Source: Selaginella moellendorffii
Taxonomy: Eukaryota > Plantae > Lycopodiophyta
Length of the DNA stretch: 64,000 nt
Direction: 5' to 3'
Assembly (NCBI RefSeq): GCF_000143415.4
Contig: NW_003314336.1
Coordinates: 720,853 to 784,852, forward strand
The translations under genes were made by a program, and so were the position numbers. Of this stretch, positions 1 through 13,700 are shown in pieces. Under the pieces are notes generated by a model that did no database searches, was not told the DNA's origin, and saw only the letters and a list, made by a program, of their open reading frames with translations. How positions within the stretch are numbered: position 1 is the stretch's first letter; the number at the start of each line of letters is the position of its first letter.

Positions 1-860
1 CTGAAACTGAGTATTGTTGAAGCATTGGTCTCAAATACTAACTAAGATATCTTTGACTTTAGTTGGCTTGGTTGTTAGAGAATTTTGAGTGGTGATTCAT
101 TTTTGTTTTTTTCTAGCTTTGTTCTGGTGTTGATAATATTTAAGGAATGCCTTGTCATTGACAATATTGATGTTGAGATTCGAGTGAAATGAAGTGTCTC
201 TCCATAGGATTGATATTGAGTTTTATTAGTCTCAATGCAAATAGTGTTGATACTTAGGCTATAACTTTGTGTTATTGGCATTTGTGCATTTGCTAGTTGG
301 CAATTATATTAACCTTCAAACAAATTGAGTGGCAAGTTAAGTTAGTTGTGTTCTAGATGAGATTACTTAGTAGAAGTTGAGCTTTAACTTTTCCTTGAAA
401 AGTAAGTTAGTTGTGGAATATGCTAGCTTTACGGGAGGAAGAGTTAGTGATCACTATTAGAATATTTGAATCTTTATTGAATTTAAGTTGGGATATATTG
501 ATTATTAATGATTCTTCTTGTTCTTGTTATAAACTAAGTTACATCTTGTTATAAATGGATTCACAGAAGATCGTTTAATGATCACTTGTTGAGTATAGCT
601 TTGTTGTGCTTAGCTTTTGAATTGATGCAAATATACACTTTTTTAGCTTTGCATTATGAAATTTAGCTTATGGATGTGTCGAATAGGATATTGTGGGTTG
701 TACTATGATATCTTCTTTGGCATTGAAGTTAGTTCATGCAAAATTTGTAATCATTATTAAGCAAGATTTGGCTATAAAATTTTTTGAGCTTTTGATTTCT
801 TGAGTTTTCATGCTTGTGGTCCATTTGTTTGAAGTTGTTGGAGAAGGCATTTTGGCTTAT
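1..860 (+). mobile_element. Internal region of an older family-A non-autonomous LTR element, cut by the window edge and interrupted at 861 by another family-A copy
   Basis: Colinear similarity to ~13476-14335 of the element at 9562-16251 (e.g. GAAGTTGTTGG-AGAAGGCATTTT at 831 vs 14308). Confidence 0.85.
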
Positions 861-3800
861 TATAGCACATGTGGTTTCACCGTTTATCCTATGGTGTTTT
901 ACTATAGGATAACCACAAAGTGGAACCTAAACCCTCCATGTGCCACATGACACATGCCATGTGTCCAAAGAACAATGGTGTAGAACCCGAGTTTCAGGGC
1001 CTTAAGCCATTGAACGAAGGAACGGAGCCAAACTCCTAAATATGGAGCTAAAGAGTGTCGGAACCGGACCACAGAGCAACTCCCAAACATACAACCCAAG
1101 GAGCGAAGGGACAGGAGCACGGAGCGACTTGGAACAGTCCTAGAGCATCCAACTTCCTAATGCTAGGACCAGGATGCAAAATGAAGCTAAACGAAGTCTA
1201 ACACTATTTTAGCATATCAGTGGCCTAACGCGAGAATATGAGTACTCCACCAGCTGGAACTTGGGCTTAGACCCAAGCCGGATGCAGAACAAGGACAAGC
1301 ACGCAAATGGGAGCTAGACTATGCCTCAAGTTAGTCGGCCATGCCCGACCAACCCACTATCCCTACTATACATTGGGAACCCCCTATAGCCTTGCCCTTC
1401 TTGAGGAACACACGTTTTGGGCTTTCACCCCAAGCCTTCCTTAGTACTAGGAGTTAGTCTCTAGGACAAGCTCGAAACTTACTAAATATGGAATGTCTTT
1501 AGATTGTGAGTTTGGACATGGGATGAACACCATTATGTTCAGGACAATCTCTACATTCCGTGGATATGCCAAATGAGCAAATCTAGACACTTTCTATAAA
1601 TAACATTTGGGACCAAAATGAGACTAACATAAAGGTCATGATAGCGAGGGTGTTTGGTAGACACAGTAAGCTATCATTTAGCAATATTGAGGGACTAATC
1701 TCAATACACAAGGGTTGTCACTAGTAAGTGCAAGACATAATGAGATGGGAACTCCTTACCGGGCTAAGTATGTTTAGCTAATAATACATAGGAATTCCGT
1801 TCTTATGATTGTCCGGTCTAAATACATTCAAAATGCCCAATTAACTCCACTAGCACAAGAGGGACTGATAAAGGGTTCAGCAATATTGACCTCCTGCCAT
1901 TATGGTAGTAAGGAAAGAGTGTCCGTAAGGACTGGCTGACAAATAACTTTTGATACCCAAAGTCATATTCATGACACTCTCCCCCCCTTAGGGAATATTG
2001 ATGTTCTTGTCAATGTATACTCCAGTCTAGAACACCGCCAAGAAAACAACTCCATAAAAAGTTCAAGGTGTTCACACTATGTGAGAAATGCACCAACTTA
2101 AATGAGTTAGGGTAACCTCTTTGTCTAATGCAAATGTGCTACCAACTCAAACACTTTCTGGCTATTGTTGACAAGGAAATGACCAATGGAGTTAACCACC
2201 CTTGTTGCTTTAGGTGTCACCCAACTTACAAAAGTGTGATATGCCCTTGCTCACAGGTGGCATAGAGAGAGAAGCCAGAGGCCCTAATGCTCATGAGCAA
2301 AGAAACCAGACTACTATAAATTGGCAATTAGAGTTGTTTACACAGTCACGCCCTTTTTAACGGAATAAGAAACATCGACAGAGAGGCGAGTGATGTGACC
2401 AGTCAATAGTAGCTACCCCATGACTAAAGATTTCATCATGTACACAAAGTGCCAAAGCTAATTTGCCTATATTTGCCCAAACTCAAAGATCAATAGATAG
2501 ATAATATCAAAGTCAGAAACAATGATATCTAAGAGACTTAATTATCAGTAAATAAATCTTAGATTAGAACACAAAAGTATTCCAAGTAAGTTATCATCCG
2601 ATAAACAAGTATGAGCATATATTAGGAACTACCAAGATTAGCAAGATTGGAAAACATAAGATTTACTATGTAACAAAATTCAATAGCAAGTATGTCATCA
2701 AGTAAACTCAATAAGAAAACTTAACTATCAAAAAATTTAGATAGCATGCTAAACAACTTAAAAAAGACAACTAAAATCATAGAAAGTATCATTGACTGGC
2801 AAGCACAATACTCATGAATGTATCACCTGAAGGAAATAATATCCTATCAGAACTAACTATAGCAACAATCAACATAACAGAATGAATGTGGCAAGACTAA
2901 CAAACACTTGTTTATACCAACTATCACACTAGTAAAGCTCAATAGATCCCGGTCAACAATACGAAGGAACTCAAGTTGCTTAAGCAAGTGTTAGTAACAT
3001 CCTACTAATATCTCAAACCCAATAGACCAATCCAAAGCAAACCACAAAGAACATGTGGTATTGCGAAAAGCTATAAGCCATCAAAGAGAACAACAAATTA
3101 TCATGAAAGATCATCAATCATCTTATCAATAGAGAGATGTATAATCATTGTCAAAGAAAGAATCCACCATCTCGAAGAACAGCAAACCATTCAACACCAA
3201 CAATAATCAAGAATTTTTTTTGATAAGGATAATCAACCATCCTAAATAATAGTCAATTATCACCAATGATTGCTAGATGCATATACTAACTTCAACATTG
3301 AAGTTAATGAGTCAAAATACCTTCCCTAATAACTTCTAATAAATGGAACAATGAGTATAAAATCATAAGGAACCAAAAGTTTGAAAAAGTTTATAGCCAA
3401 ATCTTGCTTAACAATGATCACAAGTTTCGCAGGAACTAACTTCAATACTAAAGAAAAATCACAATACAACCACCAATATCCTCCTCAACACATCTATAAG
3501 CCAAACTTCATAATGCTAAAGTTTATGAAGAGCATGTTTGCATCAATCTGAAGTTAAGTATAACAAAGTGATGCTCAATAAATGATCATTTAATCGATCT
3601 TCCATGAATCCATCTATAGTAAGACGTAACTCACTTCATAATAAGCACAAAAAGTATCATCAATGATCGATATATCCCAATTCAAATTTAATAAGGATTC
3701 AAACATTCTAATATCAATCACTAACTCTTCTTCTCGTAGAGTTAGCATTGTTCATGACACTTTTCAAGGAAAAGCTCAAAATTCAACCTTTATTAAACAA

Positions 3801-6800
3801 TCTCATTTAGAACACAATTAACTCAACTTGCCACTCAGTTTGTTTGAATGTCAATACAGTTGCTAACTAGCAAATGCACAAATACCAATAACATAAAGCT
3901 ACAGCCCAAGCATCAACACTATTTGTATTGAGACTAATGAAACTCAATATCAGTCCTACGGAGAGACATCTTATTTCATTCAAATCTCAACATCAATATT
4001 GTCAAAGATAAGGCATCATTTTAATGCCATTAATACCAGAACAAAGCTAGAAGAAAGCAAAAGCTAATCACCACCCAAAACTTTCTAGCAACAAAGTTAA
4101 CCAAAGTCGAAGATACTTTACTTAGTATCCGAGACTAAACATTCAGAAAAACTCAGTTACAGATAACACATCATAAAAAAGTGAATCACCACATCTAGGA
4201 CTCAATGAAATCCAACACTACGAACTAAACGAAACAAAATGATACCGACAAAGGTAGAATCGATATGCCAACATGGAAAAACTATGTAAGTCTAACGGCA
4301 CAATCCTTTGCAAGACCATCTGGTAAAGCAAGCCCATCATTGCTAAATCATCATTGAGCGAAGCAAGTGTCAAATAGTCCTCAACGAAGTTTACGAGCAA
4401 TCATTAGTCATAGAGCAACCAATAATCACTCTTCAATTTGCCTTCACAAGACCCAAACACTAAGCTCATGTCATCAAGTCATATACTTGTCCAATATGAA
4501 TGTAATACCCAGATACGAGATATTGGCTCATGGACAAGCACAAACTAAATGATCATTCGAATCCAACTCAATTGCAATAAACTCACTAATGCGTTTAGCC
4601 AATAGCTCTAAGCATGCCTTAAAGATGCTAGTTATGCATGATCAACACTTAGTCAAAACTAAAGTGTAGACCATAAGATAGACTCATATTGGTACATAAC
4701 CTCCTCATAGACAAAACTATAGTATGGGTACCAACATCTCAACCTTAAACAACTAAGTTAAACATCACCATCCTCAGCCAAGGTGCAAAACTACCAAGAC
4801 CAAGTCAAGATTAGTGAGAGTTTACTATTCTCATAAAGTCTAACAAAATGCAAGGTGCAAACTGCCATCAAGCATAATGCTACAAAAGAAAGGCACAAGA
4901 GTCACCCTTTTTAGAAAAGCGCAATAGCCACTTTTCTACACCAACTCTAGACTTTATCCAACTCAATTGCTTTAACTCTAAAGTTAACATCCCTTTTGGG
5001 TCGCATCATACAAACTATCTACTAAGGTTTAAGCTAACCAAAGTCAACTCCAACCCCTTCACTAGTTTGCACTAGCTTACAAAAATGGAATGGTTTTCGA
5101 GCAAAGTAGTTGATAGATTAGCTATTTGAAAATCCTAAGAAAATTTATGGAAAATTTTCCATCCTAGAGAAAGAATGACTCTCAATCCAAGAATGCAAAC
5201 TTTCAAGAATTCAACCAACTTCCTCCTACCAACAACTTCACATAGGTACACCTCAACATAGGTTCTCATGACCCAATAGTATATCTAAGCATCGAACATC
5301 TTGCCCATTTTTTTTGATATTTAACACCAACATCGGCAAAATGTAAAATAAACATTTAAGGCTTGATCACAAAGATCATATCTTCGGATATCCATATTGC
5401 ATTAACACTCTTCTTCAACCATCTTCATGATCCAATATGAAGCCAAAACACTAACATGAAAAATGACATGGAAAATCAAGGTCTAAGGAAAATCCCTTAT
5501 CACTTGAATAATAATGCCACTTCCACTAACACAAGTGCTAGTGATGTCAATGCCTTAACTACACATCTTCTCCATCTAACAATCTATCCCAAGTGCTAAT
5601 AGATCAACCAACGAATTATAGCAAATGAATGCTACAACCCTTTTCCAACACCTCAATAGGCAAACCCTCAAAGAAACAAGGTTTTAACTCAAGCTTAGCA
5701 TAATGGACCATCATCAAGAATCCAGTCAAAGCTACTACAATGCTACTATATATAAGTAAACTACCTTCACTATCAACCACTTTGGAGTTAATCATCATTT
5801 AACCAAGCAACTTCGTAAGCATATTGCTCATTATCACATGGAGATGATATAAAATTACAATAACTTGATCATCAATTGAGTAACACTACAAGCAATGCCT
5901 ATATCNNNNNNNNNNNNNNNNNNNNNNNNNNNNNNNNNNNNNNNNNNNNNNNNNNNNNNNNNNNNNNNNNNNNNNNNNNNNNNNNNNNNNNNNNNNNNNN
6001 NNNNNNNNNNNNNNNNNNNNNNNNNNNNNNNNNNNNNNNNNNNNNNNNNNNNNNNNNNNNNNNNNNNNNNNNNNNNNNNNCACTAACTTTTGTTCATAAC
6101 ATGGACAAGCTCATGCCACTCTCTTTCCAACCAAACTTAAAACTAATCTAATACCAAGTTACTTAAGGAGCAATAACAAAGTTCCCTAGAAAAGAATTGA
6201 GCATTGTAACCCAAGCCTTCTAATAACATGCCTAGACAAAATGGTTTAGAGCTTCACCACTATCCATCCCATAACTCACCACTTGTAAGACCATTATTTC
6301 CAACATGCATCAAGATAGGGACTCTTGATTGCATACTGTGAACACGAGCAATGAGTCATACCTCGTTGCAAATCATTTCTCCAAGAAGAGAAAATGATTT
6401 ACATGTTTGATCCTTCGTCCCTGATGACTCTCTTTCCGGTCTTATCTTTGATTAAACCTCAAGCTTGCATTCGCACTACCTTCAGTTCGATCCAAGAAAA
6501 GTTCATGAGAGAGCACGGCAATAATTACTTGAACCAATAGACTAATCCCTATAGTCTTGATTGATCCATTTATAATTATGCCTAGGAAGGATCCACTAGT
6601 GCCGTGCTAAATAACTATGGACCAGTTTATTTGCCACTCATAGCAAACCTAGGGGAGGTTTACTTTCACCCACAATACATGGAACAACTCATGGAACCAT
6701 TGATAGGCTAACATTAATCCTGCCAACTCAAAGTGTAACTTTGAGTTGCTAATGTGCCTCACTACTAGTTGCCCAATCTCATTAAATAGTACTCACTAAG

Positions 6801-7762
6801 ACATATCCTCTGATACCAAATGTAGCGCACATGGTTTTCACCCTTTATCCTATGGTGATTTACCATAGGATAACCACGAAGCGGAACTTAAACCCTCCAT
6901 ATGCCATGTGTCATATACCACATGCCACATGCCATGTGTCCAAAGGACAGTGGTGAGTTTCAAAGCCTTAAGGCCATTGAACAAAAGAACGGTGCCAAAC
7001 TCCTAGTATGGAGGCAAGGAGTGATGGCACTGGAGCATGGAACAACTCTCAAGCATACAGTTTAAGGAGCAAAGGGACAAGAGTATGGAGCAACTTAGAA
7101 TAGTCCTAAAGCATCTAGTATCCCAATGCTAGGACCAACACGCAAAATGAAGTCAAACGGAATCTAGTGCTATTTTAACATATTGGTGGCCTAACACAAG
7201 GATATGGGTACTCCACCAGCTAGCATAGTGTAGAGCTTGGGCTTAGACCCAAGTCGGACATAGAACAAGGACAGGCATGTAAGCGGGAGCTACACTATGC
7301 CTCATGTTGGTCAACTATGCCCAACCTACCCACTATCCCTACTATACATTTGAAACCCTTTATAGCCCCCCGCCCCCCCTTTGAGGAACACATTTTAGGC
7401 TTTCACCCCAATCCTCCTTTAGTATTAGGAGTTAGTCTTTGGGACAAGCTCAAAACTTATTAAATATGGAATGTCTCTAGATTGCAAATTTGGATACGAA
7501 ACAAACACCATTGTGTTTAGAACAATCTCTACATTCTGTAGATATGCCAAATGAGCAAATCTAGACACTTACTATAAATAGCATTTGGAACTAGAATGAG
7601 ACTAACACAAAGGACATGATAATGAAGGTGTTTGGTAGACATGATAAATTATCATCTAGCAAATATTAAGGGACCAAGCTCAATATTGTGGGGCTTCTTA
7701 ATACTAGTAAGTGCAAGCCAATGACAGGAGTTTCTCAAACCAGGCTGAGTATACTCAGCATA
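861..7762 (-). mobile_element. Family-A non-autonomous (LARD-like) LTR retrotransposon in reverse orientation; 3' LTR 861-1976, 5' LTR 6821-~7762 (truncated)
   Basis: Reverse complement of the 9562-16251 element. PPT (ctctccccccc) at 1977-1987. PBS (ctctgatacca, tRNA-iMet type) at 6808-6818, next to the LTR end TGTAGCGCAC at 6821. No long ORF. Contains an N gap at 5906-6080. Confidence 0.9.
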
Positions 7763-7764
7763 CT

Positions 7765-8697
7765 CATAATCCATAATCCATTAACATCTAACACATTAGT
7801 GTTCCTCACTTAACTTTGCCATTTGGATTCTTTTCAATGAATTTCATGGCCCACACTGGGCCACTAGTCTTTTGCTCCTATCTGTTGATTGTTGCCCCAA
7901 ACAACATAGTATCACTACCTCCAAGTTATCATTTTGGTTTCATGGCAAAGTCTTTATTTTGCCAAGTCCAGAGGGTGCTCACCCCTAGTAGGTCTCTTTA
8001 CCATTTTTTTCTATAAGCTCCATTGATGGCTTAACTTTGTGACCCTCCTATGGGTCTTTCCTAGAGACCACATTTTTGGACTCACTATACCATCATATTA
8101 GCATAATTGATTTCCTTTTAGGTGTTCTTCCCACTTGGTCACCTTGACAAAGCCACACCATTATTAATAATTCAAATCAACACTTTGAACTAGAAACTTT
8201 ATTCTTTAATCTTACAAGGACCTTGTCCTTATTTAGCTATAAGATCATCTAGTGATCTAACTTTTGTCACCTTAATAGGTTTGCCAATAGGTACTAAATC
8301 TTCCAGAGTTTTAACTTATTGACCATGACTACGGGGGCATCCCCCACACTTGGCAGAGCACCCAAGCTAGCCCTTCTGGCCAAGGGTCCATAGCAACTAA
8401 GATTGGGTGTTCCCATCTCATTCACCATGTCCTTGGTGCCCCTTGCACCGAAGTGTTCAAGTTAGATATGCTGAGCCACACTAAGCAACCTAACCATGCA
8501 TCACGACTACAGGGCATCCCCCACCTAGCGGTGTGCCCAAGCTAGTCTCCTTCTTGAGAGTTCATAACCACTGAAAAATGAGTGTCTTCATATTCCAAAC
8601 CATCACCATGCGTTGAGACTCGAAACCCAGGCACTATAGGGTTGGGACTTGAACCCAACCTTTATATATGCATCTACAGACGGTATCACCCAGGATA
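7765..8697 (-). mobile_element. Fragment of family-B LTR element internal region
   Basis: Reverse-complement match to ~28268-29130 (e.g. aacacattagtgttcc vs ggaacactaatgtgtt; cacccaggat vs atcctgggtg). Confidence 0.85.
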
Positions 8698-8986
8698 AAT
8701 AGGAGCAAGTGCTCCAGATTGAAACCGATCCAACGGCTACCAAAATCCCACTACCCACTACGCTAATATTAATATATAGCATCATAGCCGTACACTTGGA
8801 CCTCACATCATCCCCTCCTCTCGGAATAATGGAAGACCATTAGGGTTCTCTTGTAGATGGGCCAGGATTTGAAGGAACGTCAGGAGGAGGCATCGGCGGA
8901 TCTGTAGATGGTCTCAATTGTTCATGATCCCTTTGTATGAAGCATTTCAATTGCTACACTTGCATAATTTCTGGAGGACTGGTCTG

Positions 8987-9561
8987 TTAGACATCATACT
9001 GAACCTCATAAACTTGCAGTCCAACTTGCTGTAACACCTGATACGGTCCTTTCCACTGAGCAAGGAGCCCCTTAGATAAACCATGTATCGTAAGATGGGG
9101 AAAATGAACTAACACTAAGTCATCCACTTTGCACTTCGCAAATGGATGATAATGGGAGTTGTAGTGCAATTGTTGTCCCACTTGTATGTGGCCTAAGTGT
9201 TTGGCAAACTCTGCTCGAACAAGTGGAAAAATGCTCGTCAAATACTGATCCCACAATCTAACATTGGCAGCTTGTGGCAATCGCGAAGGTAAACCCAGCT
9301 CCGTTGGTAATATTGGATCATGACCATATAAAAGGTTATATAGTGAAACACTAACAGAATTATGCACCCCTGTGATATATGCATACCAAAAAGACGGCAA
9401 ATAACCATCCCAATCCAAATGCTGAAAGTTCACGTACTTCACGATCATTTCTTTGAATGTCCAAATGAGCCGTTCCACCATACTGTCTGACTGTGGATGA
9501 TAAGCACTTGTGAAAGTGTAGCTTATCCCCAACTGAGATGTCAAAACATGAAATGCCTCAG
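8987..9561 (-). pseudogene. pol: Integrase C-terminal part of element C
   Basis: TSAYHPQSDSMVER core motif and WKGPYQV (GPY/F) motif. Confidence 0.9.
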
Positions 9562-10710
9562 TGTCGCGAATGTGACTTCAGGTATCGAAAGTTACCTGTC
9601 GGCTAGTCCTTTCGGATATTCTTACCTTACTGCCACGACGGCAGGAGGTCGGTATTGCTGGACCCTTTATCAGTCCCTCTTGTGCTAGTGGAGTTAACTG
9701 GGCATTTCGAGTGTACTTAGACCGGACGAGCATAAGGACGGAATTCCTACGTGTTATTAGCTAAGCATACTTAGCCCGGTAAGGAGTTCCCGTCTCGTTT
9801 TGTCTTGCACTGGCTAGTGACAAGAACCCTCGCGTATTGAGATTGGTCCCTCAATATCGCTACATGATAGCTTACCGTGTCTGCCAAACACCCTCGCTAT
9901 CATGCCCTTTGTGTTAGTCTCATTTCGGTCCCAAATGCTAATTATGGAAAGTGTCCAGATTTGCTCATTTGGCATATCTACAGAATGTAGAGATCGGCCT
10001 GAACACAATGGTGTTCATCCCATGTCCAAATTCACAATCTAGGGACATTCCATATTTAGTAAGTTTCAAGCTTGTCCCAGAGACTAACTCTTGATACTAA
10101 GGGAGGCTTGGGGTGAAAGCCCAAAGCGTGTGTTCCTCAAGGGGGGGGGGGGGCTATGGGGGGTTCCAAATGTATAGTAGGGATAGTGGGTAGGTCGGGC
10201 ATGGCCGACCAACCTGAGGCATAGTCTAGCTCCCGCTTGCGTGCCTGTCCTTGTTCTGCGTCCGGCTTGGGTCTAAGCCCAAGTTCCATTCCATGCTAGC
10301 TGGTGGAGTACCCATATCCTCACGTTAGGCCACCGGTATGCCGAAATAGCGCCAGACTCCGTTTGGCTCTGTTTTGCGTGCTGGTCCTGGCATTGGGATG
10401 CTGGTTGCTCCAGGACTGTTCCAAGTCGCTTCAGGCTCCTGTCCCTTCGCTCCTTGGGCTATATGCTCGGGAGTTGCTCCGTGGTCCGGTTCCATCACTC
10501 CTTGGCGTCACGCTTGGGAGTTTGGCACCGTTCCTTCGTTCAGTGGCCCAAGGCCCTGAACCTCGGGTTCCTATGGACACGTGGCATGGACACGTGGTAT
10601 GTGACACGTGGCATCTGTCACGTGGCACAAAGAGGGTTTAGGTTCCGCTTCGTGGTGTTATCCTATGGTAAATCACCATAGGATAAAGGGTTAAAACCAC
10701 GTGCGCTACA
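9562..10710 (+). repeat. 5' LTR (1149 bp) of family-A element
   Basis: TGTCGCGAAT...GTGCGCTACA, followed by the PBS. Confidence 0.95.
10576..10626 (+). promoter_or_regulatory. Tandem array of four G-box/ABRE-like motifs in the LTR 3' part
   Basis: GACACGTGGC (10576), GACACGTGGT (10589), GACACGTGGC (10603), GTCACGTGGC (10617); a further CACGTG at 10698. Confidence 0.6.
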
Positions 10711-13700
10711 TTTGGTATCAGAGGATGAGTCTCAGCGAGTACTATTCAATGAGATTAGGCAACTAGTCTCGTTGCATACGCAGAGATGAAAACGATGATC
10801 CGAGTGGGTACATGTTTTGGTGCAAAGACTTCGCAATTGGTTCTTTGGGTATGGATATTGTTACCTTATTGTACCTTATGATGTGAGCTTGCGCTTGGGC
10901 TCATAGGATGGATTGAGAAGCTCCATTAGCACGAGTTTGAGCTTGAGCTCGTGAGTGAGGCATATTAGCAACTTGAGGTTACACTATGAGTTGGCGGGAT
11001 TAATGTTAGCCTATCGGTGGTTCCATGAGTTGTTCCATGTACCATGGGTGAAAATAAACTTTCCCTGGGTTTTCTATGAGTGGCAAATAGGCTGGTCCGT
11101 AGCTGTTTAGCACGGCACTAGTGGATCCTTCCTAGGTATGATTATAAGTGGATCAATCAAGACTATATGGATTAGTCTATTGGTTCAAGTAATCATGGCC
11201 GTGCTCTCTCATAAACTTTTCTTGGATTGAATTGAAGGCAGCGTGAAAGCAAGCTTGAGGTTTGGTCAAAGATGAGACCGAAAAGAGAGTCATCGGGGAC
11301 GGAGGATCAAACACATAAATCATTTTCTCTTCTTGGAGAGATGATTTGCAACGAGGTGTTAACTCATTGCTTGTGTTCACATCATGCAATCAAGAGTCCC
11401 TATCTTGACGCATGTTGGAGGTGATGGTCTTACAAGTGGTGAGTTATGGGATGGATAGTGGTGAAACACTAAACCATTTTGTCTAGGCTCGCTATTGGAA
11501 GACTTGGGTTGCAATGCTCAATTCTTTTCCGGAGAACCTTGCTATTGCTCCTTGAGTAGCTTGGTGTTGGATTAGTGTTGAGTTTGGTCGGAAAGAGAGT
11601 GGCATGAGCTTGTCCGTGTTGTGAACAAAAGTTAGTGATGTTGGGTGTTGTAAATCTCTATTGGTGGAGTGTGGCATTTATGTTGTATTTTGTCAAATTG
11701 AGTTGGCACTTGATACTCACATAAACCTTTGAAGTAATGACATTGGCATTGCTCGTGGTGTTGCTCAATCGATGATTAAGTCATTGTGATTTCTATATCA
11801 TATCCATGTGATAATGAGCAATGTGTTTACGAAGTTGCTTGGTTAAATGATGATCAACCCCAAAGTGGTTGATGGAGAAGCTAGTCTACTTGCATGTAGT
11901 AGCATTGTAGTAGCTTTGACTAGATTCTCTATAGTGGTCAATTATGCTAAACTTAAGGTGGTACCTTGTTTCCTTGAGTTTGCCTGTTAGGTGTTGGAAA
12001 GGGTTGTAGCATTCATTTGCTATAGCTTGTCGGTTTATCCGTTAGCACTTGGAGTAGATTGTTGGATGGAGAAGATGTGTAGTTGGGGCATTGACATCAC
12101 TAGCACTTGTGTTAGTGGAAGTGACATTATTATTTCAAGTGATGAGGAATTCTCCTTAGACCTTGATTTTCCATGTCATTTTTCTTGTTAGTGTTTGAGC
12201 TTTACATTGGATTTTGAAGGTGATTGAAGAAGAGTGTTAGTGCAATGTGGATATCCAAAGATGTGGTCTTTGTGATCAAGCCTTGGGTGTTCACTTTGCA
12301 CCTTGTGGATGTCGGTGTTGGATGTCAGTTATATGGGCAAAGATGTTCGATACTTAAGCATATTCTTGGATCATGAGAATTTGTGTTGAAGTGAACTTAT
12401 GTGAAGTTGTTGGTAGGAGGAAGTTGGTTGAGTCTTGAAAGTTTGCAATCCTGGACTGAGAGTCATTCTTTCTCTAGGATGGAAATTTTCTACAAATTTT
12501 CTTAGACTTCCCCAATGGCTGATCTGTTGATCATTTTGTCCGAAAACCATTCCGTTTTCGAAAGCCAATACAAACTAGTAAAGGGGTTGGAGTTGACTTT
12601 GGTTGGCTTAGACTTTAGTAAGTAGTTTGTATGATGCGACCCGAAAGGGATGCTGACTTTTGGGGCTAAAGCAATTGGGTTGGATAGAGTCTGGAGTTGA
12701 TGTAGAAAAGTGGCCGTTGCACTTTTCTAAGAAAGATGACCCTTGTGTTTTTTTTCTGTAGCATTATGCTCGGTGGCAGGTTGCACCTTGCATTTTGTTT
12801 AGACTCTATGAGAGTAGTGAGCTCTCATTGATCTTGACTTGGTCTTGGTGGCCCTGTGCCTTGGCTGAGGATGGTGATGTCCAACTTAGTTGTTTGAGGT
12901 TGAGATGTTGGTACCCGTACTATAGCTTTGTCTATGAGGAGGTTGTGTACCGATATGAGTCCATCTCATGGTCTTCACTTTAGTTTCGACTGAGTGTTGA
13001 TCACATAGCTAGCCTCTTCAAGGCATGCTCAGAGCTAGTGGCTAAATGTTTTAGTGAGCTTATTACGGTTGAGTTGGATTCGAGTGGTCATTTAGTTTGT
13101 GCTTGTCCATGAACTTTTATCTCATGTTTGAGGTATTATGTTTATGCTAGATAAGTATATAACTTGATGACAAGAGTTGGTGTTTGGGTCTTGTGAAGGC
13201 AAGTTGAGGAGTGATTGTTAGTTGCTTTGCGACTAGTGATTACTTGTAGACTTCATCAAGGACTGTTGACACTTGCTTTGCTCAATGATAATTTAGCAGT
13301 GATGGGCTTGCTTTACCGGATAGTGTTGCGGAGGATCGTGTCGTTAGACATACATGGGTTTTCCATGTTGACATGTCGACTCTACCTCTGTCGATATCAT
13401 TTGGTTACATTTAGTTCGTAGTGTTGGATTTCATTGAGTCTTGGATGTGGTGATTCACTCCTTGATGATGTGTTATCTGTCACTGAGTTTTGCTGGAGGA
13501 TTGGTCTTGGATACTGAGTAAAGTATCTTCGACTTTGGTTAGCTTGGTTGCTTGAGAGCTTTGGGTGGTGATTCACTCTTGCTTTCTTCTAGTTTTGTTC
13601 TGATGTTGATGGCATTGAAGTGATGCCCTATCGTTGACATTATTGGTATTGAGATTCAAGTGAAATGAGATGTCTCTCTGTAGGATTGATATTGAGTTTC

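Noticed and set aside
5876-6151. ORFs spanning N runs (also 16156-16437 and 56662-57321)
   Set aside because: Artefacts of assembly gaps.
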